DNA from: Candidatus Omnitrophota bacterium
Lineage (GTDB): Bacteria > Omnitrophota > Gorgyraeia > Gorgyraeales > Gorgyraeaceae
Direction: 5' to 3'
DNA: 64,000 nt
NCBI GenBank assembly: GCA_018902915.1
Contig: JAHIPS010000106.1
Location: 5,504 to 69,503 of the forward strand
Position numbers and translations under genes: made by a program. Shown in pieces: positions 19,925 through 29,660 of the stretch. Each line of letters begins with the position of its first letter. The stretch's first letter is position 1. The notes under the pieces were generated by a model that searched no databases, had not been told where the DNA came from, and was given only the letters and a program-made list of their open reading frames with translations.

Positions 19925-20509
19925 TTAAAAGAAACTCTCCGGCACGACAATGATGTCACCGGGATTAATAGTTATATCCTTTGCCTTGTCGCCTTTCTTC
20001 GTAATGTCTGTTATCCTTATAGGTATGGTTACCTGATTGCCATCTTCGACCCTTATCACCTTGGTCCCGTTCTGGGCTGCGCCTTCTTTAAAACCACCGG
20101 CCATGGTAATCGCCTCTAAAACAGTGGTAGGTCTGTCTTTAAAAAGCTCGTATTCGCCGGGCTCGTTTACAAAACCCATGACGAACACTTTTTCTGCGCG
20201 GTAATCCTCAATAAAAACAGTTACCTGCGGATCGACCAGGTAATCCTTTTCCAGCAATTCTCTTATTGTGTCTTCAACCTCATCTACTGTAAGGCCCTTG
20301 ATCTGGACATTACCTAAAAGAGGGAATGTGATCTCGCCTTTTGAATTCACCCTTGCCTTAGTGATAAGATCAGGCTGTTCATATACTGTTATAAGGATCA
20401 CATCGCCTGCGTCTATCTTGTATTCTGCGGAATACAAAAGACCTGGCATTATGACTAAAATCAGCGAGAGGATTATTATTTTTGATCTTTTTTTAACCTG
20501 TGTGATCAT
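19925..20509 (-). CDS. Short polysaccharide export protein (OPX/Wza family, Poly_export + SLBB)
   Basis: YKIDAGD, GEITFPLLG, DPQVTV, GFVNEPG, ends GDIIVVPESFF. Confidence 0.9.
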   Translation of the reverse strand: MITQVKKRSKIIILSLILVIMPGLLYSAEYKIDAGDVILITVYEQPDLITKARVNSKGEITFPLLGNVQIKGLTVDEVEDTIRELLEKDYLVDPQVTVFIEDYRAEKVFVMGFVNEPGEYELFKDRPTTVLEAITMAGGFKEGAAQNGTKVIRVEDGNQVTIPIRITDITKKGDKAKDITINPGDIIVVPESFF

Positions 20510-20510
20510 A

Positions 20511-21692
20511 TTAAAATTCAGCCCGCGCTGACAATGTAACCACGTTTTGATCATAGTCAAATATGCCGAAATTAGAATCCCTTACTATATGATCGATCCT
20601 GAAGGTCATGGTCAACCATTCCTTCATATAATAGTTTAGTCCCGCGCCGAGCGAAGAATAGCTATCTTCTCTCTTTTTGGTCTCGCCACCCTCTGTGGTC
20701 TCTGTAGGATAAGAATTTATCTGGTATAGACCTGTAAGAAAACCGAGCAGCTTAGGCGTGAAGTAATGGTCGTATGTGGCGGAAACATTTTCAGCCTTGT
20801 AAAAATTATTAGTGCTATATGTCGACTCATGTGCTGTGCGCGAGGCTGAGAGCTTTAGCGCATCCTTGTCTGAAAACTTATGCATAACCTCTGCGTATAA
20901 GACGCCGGAATCAAAATCTGTGGAACCCGCATCCTCGTAATCCCGTAACATTAAACCTGTCTTTATAGTAGCGGTGGTCTTTGGTGTCAATTCCCCTATT
21001 GCGCCGACCAGGAACTGATGGTAATCCGAATCAGAGCGCACTGAATTATCGTCATATCTCACCTGGGCAAAATCATATTCAAATAGAAGATCTGTCTTTG
21101 GAAATGTCCGGTGGGTAACCATAAATGAATAGATGTGTTCTTTTCTGTCATAAACGTCATAGGTATCTTCGGATCTATAATCACGGATAAAATTCTCATA
21201 ACCAAGATGTATGCCGAGCCTCTCTCTCTGGAGCTTGGCCTTGATGCCTGCCCTGTTGTCAGCCCTTTTTACCCTGTCTGTGTCTTCTGTAGAGGGCCTT
21301 TCATAGGTATACGAGAACTCATCATATATTGTAAAGTCAACATCGCGCCAGTCCAGGTCCAGATCACCGGAAAGGTAATGGCTGGTGGCGTCCTGAGAAG
21401 AGTTATCCATGTATTTGGAGTAACCTATATGATAATCTAACCTGAAAAGATGATCACTGAATGGCCATTCAAGGGCAATACCCGGGGTAAGCGTTACTAT
21501 GAAATCATCCTTTTCATCGCTTGAGTCCAGAAACACATTATCATCGTATTGTAGCTGGATTTCACCCCACGGGATAATCTCTATATCAGTATCCCCGAAT
21601 TTAAGGCCTTCTGCAGCATGTAATGGTGAGCTAAAAAACAAGGAAATACTAAGGAAGGTGATGAATATTAAAATCTGGTATACTCTTTTCAT
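20511..21692 (-). CDS. Outer-membrane beta-barrel of polysaccharide export (EpsL/EpsX-like)
   Basis: Signal peptide, YDDNVF, alternating beta strands, terminal F; adjacent to short OPX. Confidence 0.8.
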   Translation of the reverse strand: MKRVYQILIFITFLSISLFFSSPLHAAEGLKFGDTDIEIIPWGEIQLQYDDNVFLDSSDEKDDFIVTLTPGIALEWPFSDHLFRLDYHIGYSKYMDNSSQDATSHYLSGDLDLDWRDVDFTIYDEFSYTYERPSTEDTDRVKRADNRAGIKAKLQRERLGIHLGYENFIRDYRSEDTYDVYDRKEHIYSFMVTHRTFPKTDLLFEYDFAQVRYDDNSVRSDSDYHQFLVGAIGELTPKTTATIKTGLMLRDYEDAGSTDFDSGVLYAEVMHKFSDKDALKLSASRTAHESTYSTNNFYKAENVSATYDHYFTPKLLGFLTGLYQINSYPTETTEGGETKKREDSYSSLGAGLNYYMKEWLTMTFRIDHIVRDSNFGIFDYDQNVVTLSARAEF

Positions 21693-21741
21693 GTCTTACC
21701 TCTCTTTTTAAAATGTGCGATTTTATGCGAATTTAACTAAA

Positions 21742-21770
21742 AGTATACCGGATTATAAAAGTTTTGTCAA
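21742..21770 (-). promoter_or_regulatory. Sigma70 promoter of the barrel-OPX-wzc operon
   Basis: Minus strand TTGACA-N17-TATACT. Confidence 0.8.
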
Positions 21771-21786
21771 GAGTTTTTTTAAGTTT

Positions 21787-22980
21787 TTATCTATGCCTCC
21801 TTTTCTGCTTTTGGCTCTGAAGCTTCCCTGATTGCTCAATAAAGCTTAATAAATTACCTGATTGTTTATGCCATGTAAAGCCCTGTTTAACAATCTCGAT
21901 ACCCTCCCTGCCCCATTCCTTTAGATATTCCCTGTTCTCATAACAATGATTTATGGCCTTTGCGATGGTCTCTGGGTCATTCTGCTTTATATAGTATAAA
22001 CATTTTCTATCACCCGCTACATTTCTGAAGGTCCATATATCAGAACATATAACAGGCTTTCCCATAGCAAGGTATTCTAATAATTTTATAGGATTGTTAT
22101 TATTCCAGTATTCTATATCAGGATAGGCCATGATAGCACAATCACAATAACTGATATAAAGCGGCACCTCAGGATAAGGTACTGCATTCAAAAAATACAC
22201 CCTTTTTTCCAGGCCAAGGGCCTTGGCCTTCTCGAGTATTTCATTTTTTGCCCCGCCATCCCCGATGAAAACCAGGACTATATCCTTATTATTCACTCTT
22301 TTTACAGCCTCTACGGTCTCAAGCGCCCCCCGGTTGTATCCGATCTCGCCATGCTGCATTAAGACAAATTTATCCCTGAGAAAATCAGGCCTGCGGCAGC
22401 CCCTGGTCTTATCCGGAGAAAACATGTCTATATCAGCTCCTGACCCCCAGACACCTATAAAAGAGGGTTTAAACCCGAAACGGTCGCATACGCACTGCTT
22501 ATAATGATCGGTTATAACAGTCATACCATCCAAAAAGCTCTTACAATACCTATAAGACAACGTGGTGTAAAACTCTAGTATCTTGTCATTTAATGTCGGC
22601 TTATGCGGCTGTATATTATAGAAAGGCGCCCTGTTATCAACAATGATCAGCGTCCTTCTCCCTGGTAAGATTGCAAATGGCACGCTGAACCAGACAGTAA
22701 ATACATCTAAAATAACTACATCCGGCTTAAATATTAAGTAGTGATATATAAACTTTGCAAAGCCAACGATCCAAAAAGTCAATAATCTAAGAAATCTTTT
22801 TCTTATTATAAAAACAGGTATATAACCCCTGCTAAATATGTTACCGGAGGGCGAGCCTGCTATAGCGATCCTGACATCGCACCTCCAACTTTCTTCCAAC
22901 TCTCTACACATCTCGCGCCATGTCGTTATGTGCAGTTTATCTATATCAAACTGGAGTCTTGGAAACCATAATATTTTCAT
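21787..22980 (-). CDS. Glycosyltransferase family 4
   Basis: FIGDG, PIKLLEYLAMGKPVI, FTW. Confidence 0.88.
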   Translation of the reverse strand: MKILWFPRLQFDIDKLHITTWREMCRELEESWRCDVRIAIAGSPSGNIFSRGYIPVFIIRKRFLRLLTFWIVGFAKFIYHYLIFKPDVVILDVFTVWFSVPFAILPGRRTLIIVDNRAPFYNIQPHKPTLNDKILEFYTTLSYRYCKSFLDGMTVITDHYKQCVCDRFGFKPSFIGVWGSGADIDMFSPDKTRGCRRPDFLRDKFVLMQHGEIGYNRGALETVEAVKRVNNKDIVLVFIGDGGAKNEILEKAKALGLEKRVYFLNAVPYPEVPLYISYCDCAIMAYPDIEYWNNNNPIKLLEYLAMGKPVICSDIWTFRNVAGDRKCLYYIKQNDPETIAKAINHCYENREYLKEWGREGIEIVKQGFTWHKQSGNLLSFIEQSGKLQSQKQKRRHR

Positions 22981-24382
22981 TATTTTCCCTGCTTTGTTTT
23001 ATGGAGATATTCAGCAAGCCGTATATCAACCAGGCAAATTGAATGGTATGCCCATACCTTAGATATTCTATCTTTATACCATCTATTAATATTAATATGA
23101 CGCTGACAAACAAAAAAAACAGCACGTACCAGTTGTCGTTTTTATTCTTCGCTACTAAAATACGCCAGCTTTCAAACAGCATCTTTAACCAGAAGGCTAA
23201 ATGAATTAGTAGCCCCAGAATCCCGATTTTATACAATATTGTCAGATATAAAGAATGAAAAGAATCTGCTGAATAATAAAGCGAGCTTACATTGTACAGT
23301 CCTTTCCCGAAGATTGTCGGCTCTCTGAGAAAGATACGAAACGCATCCTGCCAGATCTTCCCGCGATTAATCGCTTCCGGGCTCAACAAATCCGAGTAGC
23401 GAAAATAGACCTCTAATCGTCTTGTCAGGCTATCTATCTGCTTAGGGAAAACCCCGAATAGAATGATACACGTTAAAAAAAGCAATAGGACGATTTTTAT
23501 AGTGCTCCACTTGCTGTCCTTTTTTAGTATATTTACCAGCGTAAGGATCAGGGCCAATCCAAAGATCAGGAGGAAAAAAGCGGATCTTGTCACCGTGAAA
23601 ATAATACCTGCCAGGCAGCAAAATAAAGAAAAAATGTAAACATTCTTTTTAAAATGGTAGAAAAGGCCTATGGATAATATGCTTCCCACCAGAAACCATT
23701 CTGCCAGAAGTTCATAGTCCCATACAGTGCCTATAGATCTGTGCATCCCTTCATATACAGAGACCTCTGATACAGGTACCCTGGGACTAAAGACTGCCAG
23801 GTACTCTGTCGCGGTTGGGAATTTATACACCAAAAGCACGATCCCTGACTGTACGACAAGAGTAAACAGGATCACCTTGATGACCGTTCTCACATCTGAA
23901 TGGTCCCTGATAGTAGCGAGTATTATAAAATACAGCAAAATACCGCTTATATTGGCAATATAATATCTGATTGATTGGCCCATGAAAGACGGGTTAAGAA
24001 TCAGTGATACTGTCATAGAAGTAAAGATCAATATAGGCAGTATAAATATGAATTTTGGCTCCATGGTCAGGCTTTTTCTCTCGAAGAGATGACGCAGGAT
24101 CGTAATTATAAACAGAAAATATATCATTATAGTTGTGACTGTCAACGCGTCCCTTCCTGAAAATTGCAATAAATATGGGAACGGGATACTTAATACCACA
24201 AAATACAACATATATTTATCTATTTTCTCAAGGCCGAACCTGTAAACCATGCCTCCTAATAGTAATGCTAAAAATATTAAGCTAATAATTCCAAATGCAG
24301 TCCTGCTCCCGCTAAGGGTCAAAAGTCCTAAAATTATCGCTATAAGGCATGAGGCGCACAGAAACCAGATATGTTTTCGCAT
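22946..24382 (-). CDS. Wzy-like polymerase / O-antigen ligase family
   Basis: Many TM segments, TVTRSA, RGKIW, GKG, FHSLYLTILYKIGILG. Confidence 0.75.
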   Translation of the reverse strand: MRKHIWFLCASCLIAIILGLLTLSGSRTAFGIISLIFLALLLGGMVYRFGLEKIDKYMLYFVVLSIPFPYLLQFSGRDALTVTTIMIYFLFIITILRHLFERKSLTMEPKFIFILPILIFTSMTVSLILNPSFMGQSIRYYIANISGILLYFIILATIRDHSDVRTVIKVILFTLVVQSGIVLLVYKFPTATEYLAVFSPRVPVSEVSVYEGMHRSIGTVWDYELLAEWFLVGSILSIGLFYHFKKNVYIFSLFCCLAGIIFTVTRSAFFLLIFGLALILTLVNILKKDSKWSTIKIVLLLFLTCIILFGVFPKQIDSLTRRLEVYFRYSDLLSPEAINRGKIWQDAFRIFLREPTIFGKGLYNVSSLYYSADSFHSLYLTILYKIGILGLLIHLAFWLKMLFESWRILVAKNKNDNWYVLFFLFVSVILILIDGIKIEYLRYGHTIQFAWLIYGLLNISIKQSRENNENIMVSKTPV

Positions 24383-24394
24383 TTTTATGTCTTT

Positions 24395-25180
24395 TTAATG
24401 TTTAAATGGTTTACCCATATATCGTTCTAGTTTCTTTATCCTGTTCTCTCTTTTAATAAGGGAAGGGTCTTTGATTATCTCGATTATTGTCTGGGCCTTT
24501 TTGATAATGTAGCAGGGGCGTCCGATATCACTTACGCAAGGGGGATCCCCGTATTTACCATAGATATACAGTCCCGGCTGGCTAAACTTTTCAAAATACC
24601 GCCTGGATAAAAAGCTCTCAGGGTTTATATCCACAGGGATATCTGCAAATCGCTTTATAACCGAAGTCCTGGCAACATGAGGGTTTAAGGACCAGATATT
24701 TGATTTTATAAGATCTAACCCATCAATATATATCTCTTCGCCCGGGAGCAGGTATAGCTCATTTCTTCTGGCAAGATTTTTTTTCATCCTGTTGCTGGGT
24801 CTTTTGATCTCTTGCTTGCTGAATCTGATATTATGGATATTCTCATTGTCCTTCATGACTCGTATTATGGCAGTAAGATCTATGGGCTTAAGAAACACCC
24901 AATCATCTTCTAAATGAAAATAGTATTCCGACTGTAAGTTTTTAAATAAATGGTTGACTGCGTTAGCAAAGGTATGTCTCTCTTTATTTATGTTAATGTC
25001 GCTGATTCTATTATACTTCAAAAATTCAAGCAATCGGGGTAAATAGCTTTTATTTTTTTCCAAAACATCTATATGTATAATGAATCTAAAACCTTTGTCG
25101 TATCTTACATTTTTCATAAAACTTGCGTAGGTTGTTTCAAATTGCTTTCTGCATATTGAAGTCACGATCACGTCTATCAT
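24395..25180 (-). CDS. GT-A fold glycosyltransferase-like protein
   Basis: YYFHLEDDW, WSLNPH; position in the polysaccharide locus. Confidence 0.7.
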   Translation of the reverse strand: MIDVIVTSICRKQFETTYASFMKNVRYDKGFRFIIHIDVLEKNKSYLPRLLEFLKYNRISDININKERHTFANAVNHLFKNLQSEYYFHLEDDWVFLKPIDLTAIIRVMKDNENIHNIRFSKQEIKRPSNRMKKNLARRNELYLLPGEEIYIDGLDLIKSNIWSLNPHVARTSVIKRFADIPVDINPESFLSRRYFEKFSQPGLYIYGKYGDPPCVSDIGRPCYIIKKAQTIIEIIKDPSLIKRENRIKKLERYMGKPFKH

Positions 25181-25182
25181 TT

Positions 25183-26325
25183 TTATCCCTTTAAGGCCTT
25201 GGAACAGACATCAAGATAACTCTCTCCGACCTTTTCTGCTCTATGATTATCCTGAAATCTCTTATATCCCCCGATAGCAATTTTTTCATAGTAGCTAGTG
25301 TCATTATAAAGACGGTTGATGCGTTCGACTATGCTTTCATCGTTTGCGACTATTGAATCAATGTCATCGTTAAACTCATAATGATTGCATGTCGTGACGA
25401 GCGGCGTTTTCATGGCCCAGGCATCTCCTATAAAACCCCACCCGCCCCGGACTGCCGGGGAATAGCAAAAATAACTGCTTTTGATCAGCCTTAGGCACTC
25501 ATCCCGTGGCATGGTTTTTACGTATTTTATTCTATTCGAAAATGTTTTTCGCAATTCATCGACGATATATGAATAATATCCAGTGCCGACAAAATAAAAT
25601 TCTTTTACAGGCGTCCTGGAAAATAGTTCAGGCAAAACCTTCTTGAATTCATGAAAATTTTTATGCGCATCAAATGATCCGATAAAAAGAGCCCTGCCCT
25701 GATGGCGCTCTATCTTTTCCCCGGATACCAGCTCTTTTCCCGGCCAGGGGATATAAATAGCCTGCCTTGGGTGTCTTGATGATCCAATGGCCTTGTTTCG
25801 ATCGCCAGGATAATGACTTATGATCTCGTCTGAATGGCGGAGCAGCCATCTCCAGCATAAAAAACCTATTATCTTCCCCAGGGCGTCGCCTGTAATCTTA
25901 TTCTTTATAAATCTCTGGTGGCCGATAATACCATACGGGCTGTCCCAATCAAACAGAAATTCTAACCTTAACACAATAGGGATATGAAAATCCTTTTTTA
26001 TCCTGACGGCTACAGGCATGTTGATGCTATTTTCACAAAAAATAATATCTGGATCGAATTTTTTTACAATTTTTTTTATTACATTATATTTTTTAATCGC
26101 CGGATAGCATGACCTTTGCTCTTTTAGTGTTTTAAAGACTCTGTGGATAGAAATATTGCCATCGAACTCTACTTCTGGTGAAGGTTCAACCCCTGCCCCC
26201 TTCAATATATTTTCTATATTGGATATTGCGAGTATTCTGTGATTCTTTTCCGCGATGTATTTATAGGCATAATAATTATCGTTGAATTCCTTATTTATCC
26301 CAGGGGTCAGCAATAGGATATTCAT
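25183..26325 (-). CDS. Glycosyltransferase family 4 (divergent)
   Basis: FDPDII, FIGSFDAHKN, GFIGDAWAMKTP. Confidence 0.75.
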   Translation of the reverse strand: MNILLLTPGINKEFNDNYYAYKYIAEKNHRILAISNIENILKGAGVEPSPEVEFDGNISIHRVFKTLKEQRSCYPAIKKYNVIKKIVKKFDPDIIFCENSINMPVAVRIKKDFHIPIVLRLEFLFDWDSPYGIIGHQRFIKNKITGDALGKIIGFLCWRWLLRHSDEIISHYPGDRNKAIGSSRHPRQAIYIPWPGKELVSGEKIERHQGRALFIGSFDAHKNFHEFKKVLPELFSRTPVKEFYFVGTGYYSYIVDELRKTFSNRIKYVKTMPRDECLRLIKSSYFCYSPAVRGGWGFIGDAWAMKTPLVTTCNHYEFNDDIDSIVANDESIVERINRLYNDTSYYEKIAIGGYKRFQDNHRAEKVGESYLDVCSKALKG

Positions 26326-26331
26326 ATCAAT

Positions 26332-27618
26332 TTATCTAAATGCTATCAGGCGCTTCTCTCTCAAATAAAAAAACATAATAGCTGTAATAAAAGACTCTGT
26401 AAACAATACAGCTATAGAGATGCCTATGTGTTTATAGATCGGTGTTAACACTAATGCCAGAGCTATATTAATAATGCCTGCGGAAATAAATATTTTTGAA
26501 AGCGCGGCCTTCAGATTAAAAGGGATCATCGTCTGGGTGCCGAACATGGTGTTTAAACTGGTTAAAAATGGCAGGAAGGCTAAAATCCTCAATACGATTA
26601 TTGATTTTTGATATTGTGGTCCTAATATAGTATTTGTTATAAACGCGGCGAATACAAAAATCCCCAGAGAAACAATGAAACTCCCGCCGCCTACAAGGAT
26701 AGTCAGCTTTCCTATAAAGCCCAGGGCCTTTTCCCTGGATTCGTTAGCAAGTTTGCTTATATAAGGATAGACTGCGTTCGATAAAGGAGATAATAGTTTT
26801 TGCACTGCCCTGATCAGCCTCTCTCCTGCCGAATAATATCCCACAATCGTATTATTAGTGAAGAGGCCCAGAATAAATGTGTTGCTTGTCGTATATAGAC
26901 TAACCGAAACCCCCGAGATAAATATATACCAACCTTCTTTTAACTGGTGTTTTATGCTTTTAAGATCAGGACGGGAAAATCTTATTTTAAAACTCCTGCG
27001 CACGATCCACAGGCCTGAAATCCCGGCTATTAAAAACCCCAGAGAATTTATTAAAGGCACATAGATATAATCCTCCGCCTTTCTGATAAACACAAAGATC
27101 GAGATCGTAAAAATAAGCTTACTAGCGATATTTAAAAATGTGATATATTTCATCCTTTCCATTCCCTGAAAAAACCAGATCGGAAGGAGCGCATTGCCTA
27201 TAACCACCCCGAAGGTAAAAAGATAGATAAGCCAGTCGTTTCTAAACTTTGGCACGGAAGAGACTAAACCTATCAGGACTAAAAAACTAAGGGCCAGGAA
27301 ACATAATTTAATTAATAACACCGAGCTGAAGATCTTTGTTATTTCCTTTTTGTCTCCCCTGTTTATAGATATCTCTCTCGTTGCCGACATATGGAATCCG
27401 TAATTTGTTAAAATAACAAAATACTGAGCAAATGCCTGCGCAAATGCGACTAACCCGAATTTCGCTGGCCCTAAAACTCTGACCAGATAAGGGAGGGTGA
27501 TAAGAGGAAGGATGTAATCTGCCGCCTGTAGAAAGGAGAGCGAGAAAAAATTCCCTACCACTACCTTTTTTTCAGGAGTGGAAGTCGCCCTCTTAAAAAG
27601 ATTCCTGATAAATGACAT
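26332..27618 (-). CDS. wzx: Wzx flippase
   Basis: LPLITLPYLVRVLGP, YGF..SATR, WFFQGME, VGYYSAGERL. Confidence 0.9.
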   Translation of the reverse strand: MSFIRNLFKRATSTPEKKVVVGNFFSLSFLQAADYILPLITLPYLVRVLGPAKFGLVAFAQAFAQYFVILTNYGFHMSATREISINRGDKKEITKIFSSVLLIKLCFLALSFLVLIGLVSSVPKFRNDWLIYLFTFGVVIGNALLPIWFFQGMERMKYITFLNIASKLIFTISIFVFIRKAEDYIYVPLINSLGFLIAGISGLWIVRRSFKIRFSRPDLKSIKHQLKEGWYIFISGVSVSLYTTSNTFILGLFTNNTIVGYYSAGERLIRAVQKLLSPLSNAVYPYISKLANESREKALGFIGKLTILVGGGSFIVSLGIFVFAAFITNTILGPQYQKSIIVLRILAFLPFLTSLNTMFGTQTMIPFNLKAALSKIFISAGIINIALALVLTPIYKHIGISIAVLFTESFITAIMFFYLREKRLIAFR

Positions 27619-27633
27619 AACTCCTGATTGGGA

Positions 27634-28191
27634 CTAACCTTTTATTAGGGCCATTGTTTCTGCCCGGGTTTTGGAATTTTCCTTAAAGACGCCTCTTACA
27701 GCGCTTGTAACTGTCATAACGCCTGCTTTTTTCACTCCCCTCATGCTTAGGCACAAATGTTCTGCCTCAATAATCACCATGACGCCGCGCGGTTTCAGCT
27801 TTTTCATCAAGACTTCAGCTATCTCTGTAGTCAATCTCTCCTGGACCTGCAGCCTCTTGGAAAGGGTTTCCACTACACGAACCAGCTTGCTTAATCCTGT
27901 AACTCTATTGTTTTTAGGCACATACGCGATATGGGCCCTGCCTATAAAAGGCAAAAGGTGATGCTCGCACATTGAATATAAAGGTATGCCTTTTAAAAGC
28001 ACGATTTCATCATGCTTCTCTGACAGGAGTACTTCCAACTCCATGGAAGGATCAGCTGCAATACCACTGAATATCTCCTCGTACATATCAGCGACCCTCT
28101 CGGGCGTCTTCTTTAAATCAGGTCTTTCCGGATTTTCGCCTATCGCCTCTAAAATCATCCTAACTGCCTTGTTTATCTTCGCCTTATCCAC
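27634..28191 (-). CDS. folE: GTP cyclohydrolase I
   Basis: [38 protein letters not shown]. Confidence 0.97.
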   Translation of the reverse strand: MDKAKINKAVRMILEAIGENPERPDLKKTPERVADMYEEIFSGIAADPSMELEVLLSEKHDEIVLLKGIPLYSMCEHHLLPFIGRAHIAYVPKNNRVTGLSKLVRVVETLSKRLQVQERLTTEIAEVLMKKLKPRGVMVIIEAEHLCLSMRGVKKAGVMTVTSAVRGVFKENSKTRAETMALIKG

Positions 28192-28201
28192 TTATCCCCC
28201 T

Positions 28202-29596
28202 CTATTTTCCTATACAAAACTCGGAAAATATCCTGTCTAAAGTTTCTTCGGTTATACTATGACCTGTTATCGCGCCCAGATTTTCAATGGACGAACGCAC
28301 GTACACGCCTATGCAATCCATTGGGATTTTCCCATTAAAAGAATCTATCGCCGCATTTATATCTCCGAGAGAATGCCGCAACATAGCCAATTGTCTTTCA
28401 TTGGAAACGCTCACCAAATCCGCAGATGGCGCCTTGCCTTTAAATATTATATCACAAATAACGCGTTCTAATCCTTCAATTCCTGATAAATCAATCGCTG
28501 ATGTGTAGACCACGCTGTTCTTAGGAAACGCCTTTCTGACAACTTTAAGATCTATGCGTTTTTTTAAATCTTTCTTATTTATCACTATTATTATATTTTC
28601 TTTGTTTTTTAAATTACGCATTATAGCCTGGTCATTTTTATTTATCCTTCTAGAATAATCCAGGACAAGAAGGATCAAATCTGCCGCCTCTATGGAAGAA
28701 TGGCTTCTTCTCACGCCTTCTTTATCTACCGGGTGCCTGGTATCTATTATGCCTGCAGTATCTACAAGCACCAAAGGTATGCCTTTAATACTTACAATTT
28801 CCTCTATTGTATCCCTGGTTGTGCCAGGTATATCCGTTACAATAGCCCTGGATTCCTTGATCAATGCGTTCATAAGGCTGGACTTGCCAACATTAGGGCT
28901 TCCGCATATAACCGTCTTTATGCCCTGCCGCAAAACCCTGCCATCGCTGGCGCTGGATATAATTTTTTCTATATCTTTTTTAATCCCTTTGAGCCCCTTT
29001 AGCACATCCTTCTTTTTAGCCTTGTCTACATCTTCCTCATATGAAAAGTCTATTGAGGCCTCAATATTTGAAAATATACTCAGCAATCTATTTCTTACAT
29101 CTTCTATCTTTTTTGAAAAAGTGCCTTTAAGGCTGTTTATAGCAGCTCTCAAACTCAGGTCTGTCTTTGCTCTGATTACATCTAATACTGCCTCAGCCTG
29201 GGCAATATCAATCCTGCCATTCAGAAATGCCCTCTTTGTAAACTCCCCTGGCTCAGCCAGCCGTGCGCCATTCTCTAAAACAATGCCTAAAATTTTTCGC
29301 AGCGGCACTATACCGCTATGGCAATTTATCTCAACCACATCCTCTTTTGTGTAACTTTTTGGAGCTCGCATCACTGTCAATATCACTTCATCAACGATTC
29401 TTTTGTCTTCCCTTATATGCCCATAGTGCACTGTATAAGTTTTGACACCTGACGGCCTTTTGCCGTTTCTCGACATAAAAATCCTGTCCGCGATCTTAAG
29501 CGCATCACTGCCGCTTAATCGCACAATACCTATGCCGCCCTCACCCACAGGCGTCGAAATGGCTACTATCGTATCATCCAATCCAAACCTACTCAT
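28202..29596 (-). CDS. mnmE: tRNA modification GTPase MnmE
   Basis: DTIVAISTP, GSPNVGKSS, PGTTRD, DTAG, NKKD, FCIGK; start set at ATG 29596 because the longer N-terminus is repeat-derived. Confidence 0.97.
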   Translation of the reverse strand: MSRFGLDDTIVAISTPVGEGGIGIVRLSGSDALKIADRIFMSRNGKRPSGVKTYTVHYGHIREDKRIVDEVILTVMRAPKSYTKEDVVEINCHSGIVPLRKILGIVLENGARLAEPGEFTKRAFLNGRIDIAQAEAVLDVIRAKTDLSLRAAINSLKGTFSKKIEDVRNRLLSIFSNIEASIDFSYEEDVDKAKKKDVLKGLKGIKKDIEKIISSASDGRVLRQGIKTVICGSPNVGKSSLMNALIKESRAIVTDIPGTTRDTIEEIVSIKGIPLVLVDTAGIIDTRHPVDKEGVRRSHSSIEAADLILLVLDYSRRINKNDQAIMRNLKNKENIIIVINKKDLKKRIDLKVVRKAFPKNSVVYTSAIDLSGIEGLERVICDIIFKGKAPSADLVSVSNERQLAMLRHSLGDINAAIDSFNGKIPMDCIGVYVRSSIENLGAITGHSITEETLDRIFSEFCIGK

Positions 29597-29606
29597 CCCT
29601 ATCCCT

Positions 29607-29660
29607 TGTTCAAGGCTAAGCCTTGAACATAAGTAGATGTTCAAGGCTTAGCCTTGAACA
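29607..29660. repeat. Pair of 23-bp palindromic REP-like units
   Basis: Units at 29607-29629 and 29638-29660, overlapping the folC 3' end. Confidence 0.95.

Noticed and set aside
29597-29644. Extended mnmE N-terminus MNIYLCSRLSLEQGIG
   Set aside because: Translation of the palindromic repeat; MnmE homology begins after ATG 29596
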